Source of the DNA: Chiloscyllium plagiosum
Taxonomy: Eukaryota
Reading direction: 5' to 3'
Length of the DNA: 64,000 nucleotides
Assembly (NCBI RefSeq): GCF_004010195.1
Contig: NC_057711.1
Location: 70,232,992-70,296,991 of the forward strand
Shown here: one piece after another, positions 63,786 to 64,000 of the stretch
Layout of the letters: each line of letters begins with the position of its first letter
How positions within the stretch are numbered: the first letter of the stretch is position 1
Notes under the pieces: model-generated
What the model saw: only the letters and a program-made list of their open reading frames with translations
What the model was told of the DNA's origin: nothing
The model's database searches: none
Translations under genes and position numbers: made by a program

Positions 63786-64000
63786 TGTGCACTGCCTGCT
63801 ATCTACTTGCTCATATACAATTAACATAATGGTAAACTTGTGAGTTTTTTGGTTAAAGCTGAATGTTTGTAGGTTTCAATCCCTATCAAGAACAGTTTAT
63901 AAAAGTCATCAGGATCAGAAGGAAAATACTGATGAAAGCAATTCAACTTGGATTGACCAATCTATTGCAGGAAATACCCAGCTGTTTGTTTTTTTGTAAA

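Overview
This is eukaryotic, repeat-dense DNA, almost certainly from a shark or related cartilaginous fish. That call rests on HE1/V-type tRNA SINEs with (TCTAA)n tails, shark-type CR1 LINEs and Penelope-like elements (PLEs); a bamboo or carpet shark is a guess. I find no credible host protein-coding exon, and the recognisable ORFs in the track are decayed retroelement fragments, so the window reads as intron or intergenic DNA with one assembly gap (11282-11710). It contains a near full-length CR1, many CR1/L2/RTE fragments, HE1 and other SINEs, two very decayed Gypsy-like pol relics, solo-LTR-like repeats, a Tc1/pogo-type MITE and many PLE derivatives. The most interesting signals are four. 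(1) A hammerhead-ribozyme core sits in PLE termini, and 180-210 bp fold-back mini-PLEs carry their own 10-15 bp target-site duplications (TSDs). (2) One PLE has about 125 bp of non-PLE sequence in both inverted arms. (3) An ~800 bp inverted duplication 25 kb apart ends exactly at a SINE tail. (4) A 3'-truncated young SINE is flanked by a perfect 53 bp duplication with a locally templated filler. Family names come from motif recognition by eye, not database searches, and boundaries of old repeats are approximate.
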